Shown: piece after piece, positions 24,601 to 37,342 of the stretch
Position numbering within the stretch: the first letter of the stretch is position 1
Layout: each line of letters begins with the position of its first letter
From: Azolla caroliniana
Lineage: Eukaryota > Plantae > Polypodiophyta
NCBI GenBank assembly: GCA_043228905.1
Contig: JBHGNT010000017.1
Location: 372,001 to 436,000 of the forward strand
Direction: 5' to 3'
DNA length: 64,000 nucleotides
Notes under the pieces: generated by a model
Told to the model about the DNA's origin: nothing
The model's database searches: none
Seen by the model: the letters and a program-made list of their open reading frames with translations, nothing else
Translations under genes and position numbers: made by a program

Positions 24601-27600
24601 TTCAGAGAATTAATTTGTGAACATGCATAATATACCTTCAAGAAGCCACAAGTGTTTGCTTACTTTTCACTGACAGGAGGATCCCAATATATCCCATCAT
24701 AAGGTGAGCCGAATTTTGCAAGATCCGGTGTGGCCCACTTGATCCATGCTGGTATTCTATCATCCCATGTACCATCTCCTCGTTGAAGCCGGATTTTCAC
24801 CTTGGAACGATGAGGAATAGCTGATCGTCCATTCACATCATCGATTCTCAGGGTCCAAACACCAAATTGATCCTTTTCCATACAATGGTTTGACCCATTC
24901 CAATTATTGAAATCTCCAATCAATTGTGCTGAACTAAAGGCAACAAAACCATAAGCATGAAATGAGTGAAAAATAGGCAGCAGTATAAAGATGTAAGTTA
25001 TTTCGCAAAGCTTACTGTGCTGCAGGTGCCCATTCTCTGTATATTATACAGTTTTCTTCTCTATTGAATCCAAACTTTAAGTATCCTGTGAACATTCAAG
25101 CAGCATACACCTTTCTCAGGAAACGGTGTAAAACTTCAAGACGAAATGAAAAAATGTCAAAAGCTGAAATACACAAACAACCAAGCCTGATCTGAAGCAT
25201 CTGTTAAAAAACAAGCAATGTAGGAAGGAAGCGATTGCTTAGCATGCGTGTACTAGTGGGTCAATACCCTAATTCTCCGTTTTGTATCATTACGATTGTA
25301 TTAATTTAAATTTGAGCTCAAGGGATTTAGCTTTGCAATTTAAACACATAGATTATTATAGCTGATCAATTATATTCAGAAATATGCATTTTTTGTGAAT
25401 TTGCAATATCTTGCACTCTTCCTAATAATGTGAAACACAAACCTAATGGGGATGTAGCTCAAATGGTAGAGCGCTTGCTTAGCATGCAAGGGGTACAAGG
25501 ATCGATAGCCTGCTTCTCTATTTTGTATCATTACAAACAATATATATTGGAAGCCAAACTCTTTAAGTATCTCAATTCCATTGATGTAAATCCACTCAAG
25601 TTCCATCTCATGCTTAACAAGAGAGATGTATAGGTTATGTCGCTTAGGATATAAAAGTTGTGGGGTCAATACCTCACATCCTCCCTAATAGCATTGGCGC
25701 CTATTGAACTTGTAATAAAGCTTTGCTAAAAATGGTTCATTTTCATCAACGCATTATTGCAGCACATCGTGCTGATGTGACAGAATCCTAGCCAAAGTGT
25801 ACAGCAACTGAATATAAAATTTTGAATAATCCTGGACTGGAAATTTACCATTTATAAGATAATGAATGCAGCACTTTTCTTTTTTCTTTTGAGCCATATA
25901 ATATTTATGAAAATATGTTTGTACTTAATCATACACTTCTGTACCACATAAAAAATATATACAGAGGTCAAAGGCAAATCTGTTGGTAATCCTCTAACTA
26001 ACCAGTTGAAGATGATCATGCTTTCCAAGGCTTATTTTATGTATATAAAATGGTGGAGACAAACTCTTCCCAACAATGACCAAAATTAGCAGGAAGCAAG
26101 CAGTGTAATATCGTCAGTACAGTAAATATCTAAAAGCAGGAGGCAGATTTTGGGGATACATTCAATCAAACATTCGCAAAAGTTTGTAAAACAACGGTGG
26201 CTTGATATTACTTACATTTTTGAACGGTAACATCAAGGAGGAGTTATATGTAACTAGGTGAGAAAATTGTAAGGTCCTCCTATATTTGATGAATCAAATT
26301 TACGAAGACATTAGATGTATCAAAGAGCAGTATTATGATTCTTATCACTAGGCGATATAGGACTTCAGATGTTCTTCCTTTAGGCCAGAGAGGCACCCCC
26401 TGCTTGCTACCTATTTCCTTTAAACAACATACACAAAAGACCAACTGTATCTTCACATATGAGGATTGGTACACAAGACTGTAAAGTCAATGGTCTAGAG
26501 GCACTAAACCAAACCAATTTAAAGGATAATTAATATAAATAAGTAAAGGTAACAAGGAAATGTTAGCTATTAGAAACTTTAAAATGATATATCAAGCTAA
26601 AATGATATCAATTGCTTGCCACTAGCCTCACAAAGAATTCATAAGAACAAAGATTTTCCCTTTCGGTCGAGAAAAACCAAAAGTTCAAAAAGAAATCGTA
26701 TGAAACATGACCTCACATTAGATAAGGTTCATGGCAATTAAATAAATATAAACACAAACGATCGCAAAAAAGGCACATAACGAAGAAGATTTGACATCAG
26801 GCACAAAGTAGAAATCATGTCATGTATAACCATGAGTGAACTTATTAAGCAAAACCAACTGAGAAAGTCAAAGCAAATAGTGCAAAGCTTCATCCTTGAA
26901 ACTCTTTGGATCTCATCAAGGCATTAGACCCAGCAAATTTCTGCATAAGAGAACCTTGCCATGCTGGTATAACTTCAGAGAAGGTCAAAGATTTCACCAT
27001 TTTTCTACCAACCATTATAGTACATCCTAAAGGCACGAATATTGTACTTAACTATGAGCATAAAAATAGATCTAATGTACAAGTTTTTGCAAAAATGAGA
27101 TCGACCTGAAGAGAATTTATCGAGTCCACCTTCATACTTCTCGATATTTTCCTTACACTTTTTGTACTGGTCATATCTATAGTTTAAATGATCTGCATAA
27201 GGCTTTAAAAGAGGATCCACATTGAACACGGCCAAAGGTTTATTTTTCATGGTTGAATCATCCTGAAAATGATTCCCTTCACTAACAGTAGCAATATTCA
27301 CAACTAAAGAATTCCGCCTCCTGCATTCGAGTAAATTTCGCTGGAAAAGGAGAACAGAAAATAAGATAGATATACTTGGTATTTCACTTATTGTACAAGT
27401 AACTGAACTAGATATAAGGGGAATATCATACAATAGAAATATTAAATTTTATGGCAGATCCCAATAAATTTATGGTAATTTTTCATAATTTACTAATTCA
27501 TTCATCAATGAAAGGGAAAATCAGACACTTTGTAAAAGTAATTTTCAAACACCAGATATATCACAACCGAAGTTTGTTTCTAAATGCTAAATCAGCAATT

Positions 27601-29323
27601 GGTATAAGGATAGATAGAAACAAGACACAGAATACCAATTTTTTTATTGTGAAATGAGCATAGCATTTAATATGTAGAGAACTTTCACAATAATGCAACT
27701 CGTTTTTCAGTTTTCATACTGTATATGTGAAAATCTTCAAATTTTGAGATGTTTTAGACTAAAATAATTTGAATGTTCAGATATTTGTTATTAAACTATT
27801 TCAGCATATAAAGATGATGGTTTATTGCCTTTTGATGGAATTACGTTTTTCAAAGATTGAATATAAGATAAGAAGCAAGGCATAAATTATCAGACTTTGA
27901 AGGAATATGAATATTTGACAACTAGTCATGACTCAAAACTCCACTATTGATGATTTCCTATTGTATAAATGTATTTTGTTTTTTTCAACATCCTTAAAAG
28001 TGCAGAGAATTTAGCTCATATTTCAACTTTTATCGCAGTTAGCTTGTTTTTGGGGGAATGTTACTTGTAAACCTTGGAACTCTTGGAAAAGTTTGGGTAT
28101 CTTTCAAAAACCTTGATAATAAACATTAGGGAAGACTACTATGCTCTGTGTATATGTTTTTCAAATTTACAAATATCTGCATGCTTATTTCAAATATACC
28201 TATATCTGCTTGGTCAAAATATATGCTCTTAATGAAATTTAACTTCACATTAACCACAATATTAAGAAAACGCGTTAAGTAAAACAGAGCACAAGACTAA
28301 TTTAGCAGCAACTAATTAGCAGATTAAGTTGGAAATACCTAAAAACTTGATTTTTTTTGCACCAGAAACTTAATCTGCTAATTAGTTGCTGCTAAATTAG
28401 TCTTGTGCTCTGTTTTACTTAATGCGTTTTCTTAATATTGTGGTTAATGTGAAGTTAAATTTCATTAAGAGCATATATTTTGACCAAGCAGATATAGGTA
28501 TATTTGAAATAAGCATGCAGATATTTGTAAATTTGAAAAACATATACACAGAGCATAGTAGTCTTCCCTAATGTTTATTATCAAGGTTTTTGAAAGATAC
28601 CCAAACTTTTCCAAGAGTTCCAAGGTTTACAAGTAACATTCCCCCAAAAACAAGCTAACTGCGATAAAAGTTGAAATATGAGCTAAATTCTCTGCACTTT
28701 TAAAGATGTTGAAAAAAACAAAATACATTTATACAATAGGAAATCATCAATAGTGGAGTTTTGATTCATGACTAGTTGTCAAATATATATAAGCATAGCT
28801 TCGTAAGTTTCCCTAAACAAATAGGTAAAAGTTTCCAAAAGACTTGAGAAACGGCCAAAAATATTATTAATATCCGTTGTTTTTAGAAACCTTGATAGCA
28901 AACATTATCCAAAACTTTCCAGAAACCTTGAAGAATAGCCATTTTGGCCTACTTCTTCTCACTTGGGCATTACACAGTAAACACATTAATTAACCATTTC
29001 TATGCATTGCATGATTCCTCGTGTCTACATTTTCAGACCTAGCTTCACAAATACTAGTTATTATTTCCCTGCTTAAGAGAAAGCTATAGATACATATATA
29101 CATACACACACATATCATTCCTAATGCATGCATGTATGTGAGGATATACAAGTATGCGCATTTATATAAGATATATGTGCGTATGTGTATAGTTAGGTGT
29201 ATGTATGTGCATACTTATTGCATGAATAGGAATGTATGTATCGCATGAACGTTGCATGAACACCACTTACCTTCCCGTGTTGCTGGATCTTGAAAGGGTT
29301 ATTACACAGCCTTTCCTTTGCAT
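21700..29323 (-). CDS. SBE: 1,4-alpha-glucan (starch) branching enzyme, SBE class I-like, GH13, multi-exon
   Basis: Exons include ~27107-27320 ([15 protein letters not shown]), ~24665-24932 ([13 protein letters not shown]), ~23660-24567 ([30 protein letters not shown]) and small 3' exons through 21700-21762 (VYYKVEE...*). The single large central exon is SBEI-like. The start at 29323 is tentative. Confidence 0.93.
25448..25520 (+). tRNA. tRNA-Ala(AGC)-derived sequence, probably a pseudogene, in an SBE intron (antisense)
   Basis: GGGGATGTAGCTCAAATGGTAGAGCGCTTGCTTAGCATGCAAG..., 73 nt followed by TTTT. D and anticodon arms pair. The T stem has two mismatches and the acceptor stem has a U-U. Confidence 0.8.
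27911..28786. repeat. Long near-perfect inverted repeat (420-bp arms, 36-bp spacer) in SBE intron 1
   Basis: 27911-28330 is the reverse complement of 28367-28786, with about 3 mismatches seen by eye. Confidence 0.95.
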
Positions 29324-29700
29324 ATCCAGTCAGGACGATCTTCTTTTCACCATGAGTCCTGCTGTTAGCATCCTAACGTACAACAATTCGTTCTTTTCCA
29401 CGGCTCTCTTCCTTTTTTTGCTGTTTACTAGCTCATTCCTAGAAATCGATGGAGGAGGATGCATACCTTGGGTACAGGGAAGGAGCCAAGTACGGTCCCG
29501 CTATACATTCCAAGAGAAGAGATAGCTGTCCGTCTGTCGATATGAAGAACTCGTCCTCGTCAAAATCCCCCTAGTAATTAATAATACAAGTTCCCAACTA
29601 TCTATCTCCGTGTAGTCTGTGTAGCCGAGGAGGCATAATGAAATAATTAACAATGGCCTTAGGTATGTACATGTAAGTTGTAACACACATATATACATAC

Positions 29701-30198
29701 TGACTGCTCTCTAAGTTCTAACTATGGAGCCCCCAGCACACACAAATCGATGGGGCCTCTGGAGGGGAGGGGAGGGCCTCTTCACTTCCTCGGATCGATC
29801 ACACCGAAACTACATGGCATTTCGGGGTGTAACGCCCAACCACCCTTGACTATGTATGTATATCGTCTATCCTCTCTCCTTATGGGCTTTCTGGACCCTA
29901 CATACACCACCTCTACATTGCACTGAAATTTAGTCCTCCCGTGGATGGATGCATATTGACTGCTCTCTAAGTTCTAACTATGTAGCCCCAAGCACACAAA
30001 TCGATGGGGCCTCTAGAGGGGAGGGGAGGGCCTCTTCACTTCCTCGGATCGATCACACCGAAACTACATGGCATTTCGGGGTGTAACGCCCAACCACCCT
30101 TGACTATGTATGTATATCGTCTATCCTCTCTCCTTATGGGCTTTCTGGACCCTACATACACCACCTCTACATTGCACTGAAATTTAGTCCTCCCGTGG
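29701..30198. repeat. ~256-bp tandem duplication upstream of SBE
   Basis: tgactgctctctaagttc...gtcctcccgtgg starts at 29701 and again at 29957. Confidence 0.92.
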
Positions 30199-31292
30199 GG
30201 TGGACGTTGAAAAGATATATCCCTAGTCCATCGAAATGCGCCTGCCAAGGCCAGCCTTTCGCAATTCTATTGCACTCGTGTCAACCGACGAACATGTTTG
30301 GGCACATGCAAGGAAATTGCCATTCAAAGTGAGATGCTCGATCAATGTTCTCATCCCTTTGTATCCAAGTGGTTCCTATCAACAAGCTTCATTGTGCGTC
30401 GTGGTTATCGAATTCAAGACCACACATGCATCCCAATGCCATTCGAAGTGAGAAGGCCAATCAATGTTCTCATCCCTCGTATACACAGTTTGGATCTTCC
30501 ATGACCCGCATGATGTGGTTGAAAGATAAACAAGCAAAGAGCATTCCTTGCGTGCGCGACAATTCCATCTTCACGACAACTTCTAAAATGTTAATACAAC
30601 CGTGTGTAAAATCTTGAAAACCATATTCTCACACATATTTGGGCATTCCAAAATGACATGCCCTTCTACTTCTAGTACATTAACACAATATAAACCACAT
30701 ATTCTTTCTTTTCTACACAATATCTAGCCAATTCCCAAACTAAATTTTCTACATGTGTGCACATTAGGATAATGGCACACTTCACTTGCTACAATGGTTT
30801 TTGGTTGCAACCTTCGGCATGAACCAACAGACATAGTGAAACCTCAAAGGAAATAATAGAAGTGGGGCATGTTAGAACATGACTTGGCATCAATTCAAAC
30901 ATGGTAACTGAGAGGGACTAAATCACAAGAGATTGGAAGGTAGGTTTGTTGATTCACAACACACAAATAGATGGATTCTAATAGAATAGAATGCGCGTAG
31001 TAGTCTTGGGTCCAAATTTTGGGTCTTTCAAAGATTGGGAATTTTTTGTGTCACACGAGGAAGACTTACCTTGAAAATTTGTAGACTTGACTTGTCAATA
31101 AATGTAAGCGTGTGTGAGGATATCTCGATTCTCAACATGTGTATTTGTCTGCCATAGTTTTCTCTAATATGGAGAAATACTGGGATTTTATAGAAATTTG
31201 GCCTCATGCCTCACTATGCAACCACTCTGTCATCGTTATTGTATAGAAAATTGGTCTTGATCGAGGAGAAGTTGGTTGTATTGTCTTACTTG

Positions 31293-31714
31293 TAACAATC
31301 GACAATGGTTCGGTTCGGTTTGAGAGGGTCCAAACAGAACCGAACCACAAACCGTTAAGCTGAACCTTAATTTTTTTTCAAACCATTAAGCCATTAAACC
31401 CGTAAAACCGTGGTTTCGTGGTTTGGTTTTGGTTTTCAGCTTAGGTCAAATTTTTAATTTTTAATTTTAAAAATTTCAAAAAATTTAAAATTTTCATTAT
31501 TTAAATTTTTAAAATTTTAAATATTTTCCCAAAATGTGAGAATAAGGCATGAAAATGAAAAGATTATTTAAAAGCAATTTTTATTTTTTTATTTTTTTAA
31601 AAATAAATAAATAAATAAACCATTTAAACCACGGTTTTTTACTATTGAAACTGAACCGAACCATTTAAACCATTAAGCCGCGGTTTCACAGTTCGGTTCG
31701 GTTGCCGATTGTTA
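31293..31714. mobile_element. Non-autonomous hAT-family element (MITE)
   Basis: TIR TAACAATCG(A/G)CAA matches 12 of 13. 8-bp TSD CTTACTTG at 31285-31292 and 31715-31722. Subterminal AACCG/CGGTT repeats and an AT-rich core. Confidence 0.9.
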
Positions 31715-34700
31715 CTTACTTGGGCATATTGTTAGAACTTAGGATGGACTCATGCTCTAGAGAGAGAAAGAGAATTCAAATTTAGACTTAGAAGCTTTTA
31801 ATGTCCCCGAAGAGACCAATCTTGACTGATGGAACCTAAATACACAAAAATTTCTTGATATTTCTGAAGACTTTGGAGCAAAAAGTATATGTGTAAATAG
31901 TGCAAACGTATAGAGCTCGGCCTTGTAGGTGGTGCTTTTTAAGTATGGTACCCATGTTATCTCGCCTTCTTAATATGTCATCATATGTCTCAAGAATCTC
32001 GTTATATATTGTTAAGCATGTCCATATATATATATATGAAAACTCTTGTTCCGAGTTTTGGGGATTGGGATACAACTCCAATGTGTCATATACTACAGTT
32101 TATGAAACTTTAAGAACTCATTAATTGTTGGTCTTTACCCCAATGTTAAGAAGAAATGTATTGACGATGAGAAAATATACAAATTATTTTTCCACTACAA
32201 TCCACAAGGGCTCTAAATGCTTTTTAATCACAAAACGCAGCTGAGAATCGGCCTTCTATAGTCATGGAGAGGTTCGAGTAATCAAAGAGAGCATGCTAAA
32301 CAATATGGTATCAGGGATGAAGGAGAACATTATGGGAGAGATGGTGGTGATCTAAAAGTTATTGGAAATAAGCATGATAGTTATGTTCAACCGACTGAAT
32401 GAATGAATGGCATGAAGCCATAACCCCTCTATTCATCACTGAAAAGAGCAAGACAAACCAACCTGTCTAGTGGCTCACATTCTACATGTGCCATTGCCAG
32501 GATGAATCTTAAGTGCTGATATGGTTCGTTTCATGACCCTTATTCTTTCTATCCTTTTATTTGCATGTCTTCTATAGCATTACATATGGGTTAGGGCTTG
32601 AATGTCAAGCATTTGTATGATATTACATCTTCTAATGGGCTTACATTGTGATATGGACGTACAACTTACCTATGTTTTGTACAATAGTACATTTTATAGG
32701 CATGGTGTGTGGTATGTACATATATATTATTAGATTCTTTATGGGCCTAAATCTATGTTCATATGAGCTTGCATTGTGGAATGCATGTAGAGCTCATGTA
32801 TGTGCTACACCATACTAATCTTCTTATGGGTTTACTTTGTCGAATGTGATATGAATGTAGAAGTTATATATGCTATGTACAATATTGCATCTTCTTATGG
32901 GCGTGCCTTATCATACTTTTGTAGACCTTGCATCATACATGCATTTTGTATACTGTTACATCTTCTAATGGGCTTGTCTTGTGGTATGTAGAACATTTCC
33001 ATCTTTTACAGGTACCAACTGGTTTGATGTTTGGTTTGTGTATGGATAACATCATACCAGAGCATTGCCAAAATTCTGTGACTGGATGTTGTTGTATGTG
33101 AATTCACTATCACTTTCAATAAAGTTTGCAATGAAATTAATTGCACAAGTAGGGTCCATGGATTTCCATTGAAGAAAGTAACACTAGAGTTGATGTTGAA
33201 TATCTTTACAAGCCAATATTTACATCTAAAAGGCAAAGCGTAAGACGTCCAAGCTCCCATTTTTTTGTGAACCTCACCTAGACTTTGTTACTTTTTATAT
33301 AGTAAACTAGGTTGAAGTACTTTATTTTGTTTCTATATTTCATAATTGATCTTATCTCTTACCTTACTTTGCAAGGGATCTTGACTTTGCTTTGTTGCAA
33401 CCATGATATACTGAAGTTTTTCTTCTATGTGCTTGTGTCAAATGATATGGCAAGATCGAGCTTAACCATAGATGGACTTTTTGCTCATCATGGAAATTTA
33501 GAAATATATATATATATATCATGGAATGCATGTCTCTAAAAGAAAATTATTTTCCCTTTTGTCAATCTAAACGTGGGGTTTTAATCTACATAAAAAACGT
33601 CAACTCTTTCAATTGTTTTGGGGAAGATGCATAGTTCTCAAGAAATTGAAGTCGACATCTTCAGAATTTGTACAACATCTATGTTCGTGAAGTAATTATT
33701 TTATAACAGTGGCTTTTTCATCTAGTCCAAAAACTTACCTCATTCAATCTTTCTCAAGAAGATATTTAGTATCTAAGAAATTGGAATCGTAATCTCACAG
33801 AATTCTTATGCCTCATTATACGACATCTTTGCTTATGAAGTAATTTTATATTTTTGTTATGTAATAAATACCTCCTAGAAGAAGTGTGATTTTGTTGTTA
33901 TTGGATGTAATGTTCCATTCAAGCAAGAAGGTATTTAATGAAATGCTTCATTAACCATGTGTTGATGGAATTTATGTATTCTGAATATCCCCAAAACGTA
34001 ATATGCACACCGTTGAGTATTAAAGAATAGTGAGTAATGAGAAAAGAAAACGCTTACTACATACATATTTAAGATATCTCGTAATGGTTCACATGTCTTA
34101 CTTCTTTTGCAAGTATACCACATGTTATGTTAGCCATTCAAGTATTGAGGTCACAATAATTGCATTCTAAGGTCAAAGATATCAAAACAAGAATAGCTTA
34201 CCGAAAAGCTCATTGATGACAATTATGTGAAGGGAAGTATGATGCAACACATGCACAGCCAATGCTAATCAGTAGCGAGTTTAATCTTCTCTGACCAAAG
34301 CATTATTTAAAACGAGTGCACATATACTATCAAATTTAAACCAAGTGTAATCTTGAGTTTTCTTGTTTGAGAGTGATATAATGGTCAAATTTCCTACACA
34401 TGTGTAAAATATGAGAATACATGCCACATTGTTCCTTACGGGCAAAAAATCAAAGATATAATAATGTTTTGACGGAAATATGTACTTTTATTTGCTTTTA
34501 TCAAGGTATCTAACCGAGCCTTCAAATATTGCCATGCTATACAAATCATGGATGTCACATCCAAGTGAACCAATAATTGCAATATCTTTCATGCTCAAGA
34601 TTGTTCATTTCTTCTTATCAATAAACCGAATAATGTAGCTAGTCCTTAATTGGTAACATTTATTATTTGGTTCATTACTTTACCCAATTCACTTGCAATT

Positions 34701-35038
34701 ATTCTTCTATGAAATGGATCTTATTACTCTAGGGGATGACATTGATAAACCCCATATCAATTGTTAAATGTCGTACTTGTTTCCTTTGTCATTCATCAAG
34801 ACAAGACTACCATTTTCAATGCAAGCTCTGATGGTCGTCATATGCAACCCATGTTGATGTAAAGGTGTCATCATCATCTTCCTTCTTTCTATATCCAATG
34901 CCATTCTAAGTGCGTATGCAGCTTTTAAGAGTGTTCCCACAAAAATCTCTCTACATGACGACACATTTTCTGAAAGAAAAACACAATAGGATACACAAAG
35001 CATACACAAGAGAGAGGCGCACAAGTAAATTATAACAT

Positions 35039-37342
35039 CTAGAACGTTGGGCTCATCAGGTCTATCACACCCATAGCTTGAGAAATTGCCTTAACTTTTG
35101 GCAAACATTCCCGCTTATACATGACCCGGAAATAATCATTTGCCTCTTTGACTCTGCCCAACTTACTAAGGCACTTCATCAGATCAAATAGCGTAGCAAT
35201 TCCAATGGAAAACCTATTTTCAATAACAATGTTACAAATTTTTAAAGCATCTGCAACTTCAGCTTGCCTACATAATGCCTTGAGGAGAAGATCATAAACA
35301 ATAGCATCAGCACCGAGACCACAATTCATCATTTCTTCCAAATATTTCATTGCTTCAACTGGCTTATTTGCCTTCAAAAGTGATGATATTATTGGGGTGT
35401 AACAAAATGCACTAGGTTTGCCACCTTGCATTTTCAATTCACTAAGAAGCTTTTCAGCTTTAGCAATATTCTCAAGGCTGCAATGGCTCTTAATCATTAT
35501 TGCATATGACGGTATGGTGGCGTCAACTGATACCATCCCTTTGAATATTTCTTCTGCTTCTTCAATCCTCCCTACAAGAGAAAGATTGTGAATGAGAGCA
35601 TTGCACACCTCTATGTTTGTAAATCCATGCTTAGCAAATAGGCTTTTCAAGAGATTAAGCATTTCTTGAGTCTGTTTCGCTTGTCTTAGGCCGTTGCATA
35701 AGTATATATAGCTCCTTGCATCCACCCATCCTTCATTTTCCATCAATCTGAAAAAATTGATAGCCTTTGAGATATCTTCACCTGATAACAACCCCTGAAG
35801 AAGTATGTTGAATGTGGACTGGTTAGGAAGACATATTTTTCTCATACTAGCAAATGTGTGGATGGCCTCTTCTAACCTACCCAATCTGCAATACGCCTTA
35901 ATAATGATATTGAAAGTGGAGACGTTAGGCTTGAGACCCCTTTTCTGAAGATCAGAGAAGGTGGACATAGCATCTTTCACTGCGTTGATTTGGAAAAACC
36001 CTTCTATTAGGCCATTACAAGTAGAAACATCTGGTTCATAGCCTTCATTTACCATCATATTGAAGCAACTTTGCGCATCTCGGATGTATGAAGACATGCC
36101 AAAACCTCGAATAAGTGTACTAAATGCAGACACATCAAGGCATAGACCCTCTTGCAATATTCTAGAGTAGCATAACCGCGCTTCGTCCACTAACTGTGAG
36201 AGGAAAAACACACTAAGTAGCGTAGTATATACATGAATTTCAGCCTTAACATTGTATTCGCCTATCCTTTTGAAAGCATCTACAGCCATAGCAGGCATTC
36301 GAGAGGCTCCGTAAGCTTTTATAAGGATGCAAAAAGCTGTTCCTTTAACTTGACAACCTGATCCTTTCATCTCATCAAGATGAGCCCACATTTTATCAAA
36401 GTGTTTGAGCTCTCCTAGCTTCAATAGATAGGCATGACTCGAATGAATATCTCGGCCTATTTGTTTGCTTGCCCATCGGAAGAAAGGCACAACAATCGAA
36501 ATTTTTCTCTGTTTTAAAATGACTCTTGCTACAACCAAATGGGAGATTTGCAGCCCATATTTCTCCTCCAAAAATGATTCAGTAGCATCGTTCCAAGGTC
36601 TCCCATCCAGATAATTGCAAATATCCTGTACAATTTTCAAATCCAGTGGTCGCAACAAAACCTTGTCCAGGCCTATATCATCCATATTTAGCTCTGACTC
36701 AATACCTCCCTCATCTTTAGATCTCTTGCTTTCCACACGTAAGCCATCCTTCATGTGATCGCCGTCTTTGGATCTCGTGCTCTCCATACATTCCAAACAT
36801 ACCTCATCCTTCATGTGATCATCGTCTATAGGTCTCTTAATTTCCATACTCTCTATACTTACCTCTTCCTGCATGTGATTTCTGTCTGTAGATATCTTTA
36901 TTTCCATACTTTCGATAGATAGACCATCCTTCATGTGATCATAATCTTTGGATCCCTTATTTCCCACGCTTTCTACATTTACCACATCCTTCATGTGTTC
37001 AGCATCTTTAAATCTTTTAATCTCCATCCTTACCTCATGCTTAGGTCTCTTAGTTTCGAGCATTTCCGTGTCACCAGAACCCATTCCATCCTGTATATTA
37101 CTTCTAATTACATCCTGTGTTGAATTCCTCTCATATTCCATAGCATTATAGCTTGAGATTTGCATCACAAATTTAGAATTGCAGCAGAACTCTCGATTAT
37201 TTGAAGATGAAGAAGATTGCATACCAGAGGAAGCCAAAACATGTTCTGTTCGATGAAGACCTCTTGTCTTCTCTAATCTTCTGCAGAGATGATAGAAAAG
37301 GCATGGTTGCTTCCTGATCAGGCATTTGTGCCAAAACCACAT
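35039..37342 (-). CDS. P-class pentatricopeptide repeat protein
   Basis: Intronless 767-aa ORF with tandem 35-aa motifs (e.g. TFNIIIKAYCRLGRLEEAIHTFASM) and an N-terminal 20-aa repeat region. Confidence 0.92.
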   Translation of the reverse strand: MWFWHKCLIRKQPCLFYHLCRRLEKTRGLHRTEHVLASSGMQSSSSSNNREFCCNSKFVMQISSYNAMEYERNSTQDVIRSNIQDGMGSGDTEMLETKRPKHEVRMEIKRFKDAEHMKDVVNVESVGNKGSKDYDHMKDGLSIESMEIKISTDRNHMQEEVSIESMEIKRPIDDDHMKDEVCLECMESTRSKDGDHMKDGLRVESKRSKDEGGIESELNMDDIGLDKVLLRPLDLKIVQDICNYLDGRPWNDATESFLEEKYGLQISHLVVARVILKQRKISIVVPFFRWASKQIGRDIHSSHAYLLKLGELKHFDKMWAHLDEMKGSGCQVKGTAFCILIKAYGASRMPAMAVDAFKRIGEYNVKAEIHVYTTLLSVFFLSQLVDEARLCYSRILQEGLCLDVSAFSTLIRGFGMSSYIRDAQSCFNMMVNEGYEPDVSTCNGLIEGFFQINAVKDAMSTFSDLQKRGLKPNVSTFNIIIKAYCRLGRLEEAIHTFASMRKICLPNQSTFNILLQGLLSGEDISKAINFFRLMENEGWVDARSYIYLCNGLRQAKQTQEMLNLLKSLFAKHGFTNIEVCNALIHNLSLVGRIEEAEEIFKGMVSVDATIPSYAIMIKSHCSLENIAKAEKLLSELKMQGGKPSAFCYTPIISSLLKANKPVEAMKYLEEMMNCGLGADAIVYDLLLKALCRQAEVADALKICNIVIENRFSIGIATLFDLMKCLSKLGRVKEANDYFRVMYKRECLPKVKAISQAMGVIDLMSPTF
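36700..37050 (-). repeat. 60-bp coding tandem repeat in the PPR N-terminus
   Basis: tcct(t/g)catgtg recurs at 36748, 36808, 36868, 36928 and 36988; protein unit DHMKD...ESMEIK. Confidence 0.85.

Noticed and set aside
31729-32520. Possible old LTR followed by a PBS-like TGGTATCAG at ~32306
   Set aside because: The PBS match is short, and there is no second LTR, TSD or readable gag.
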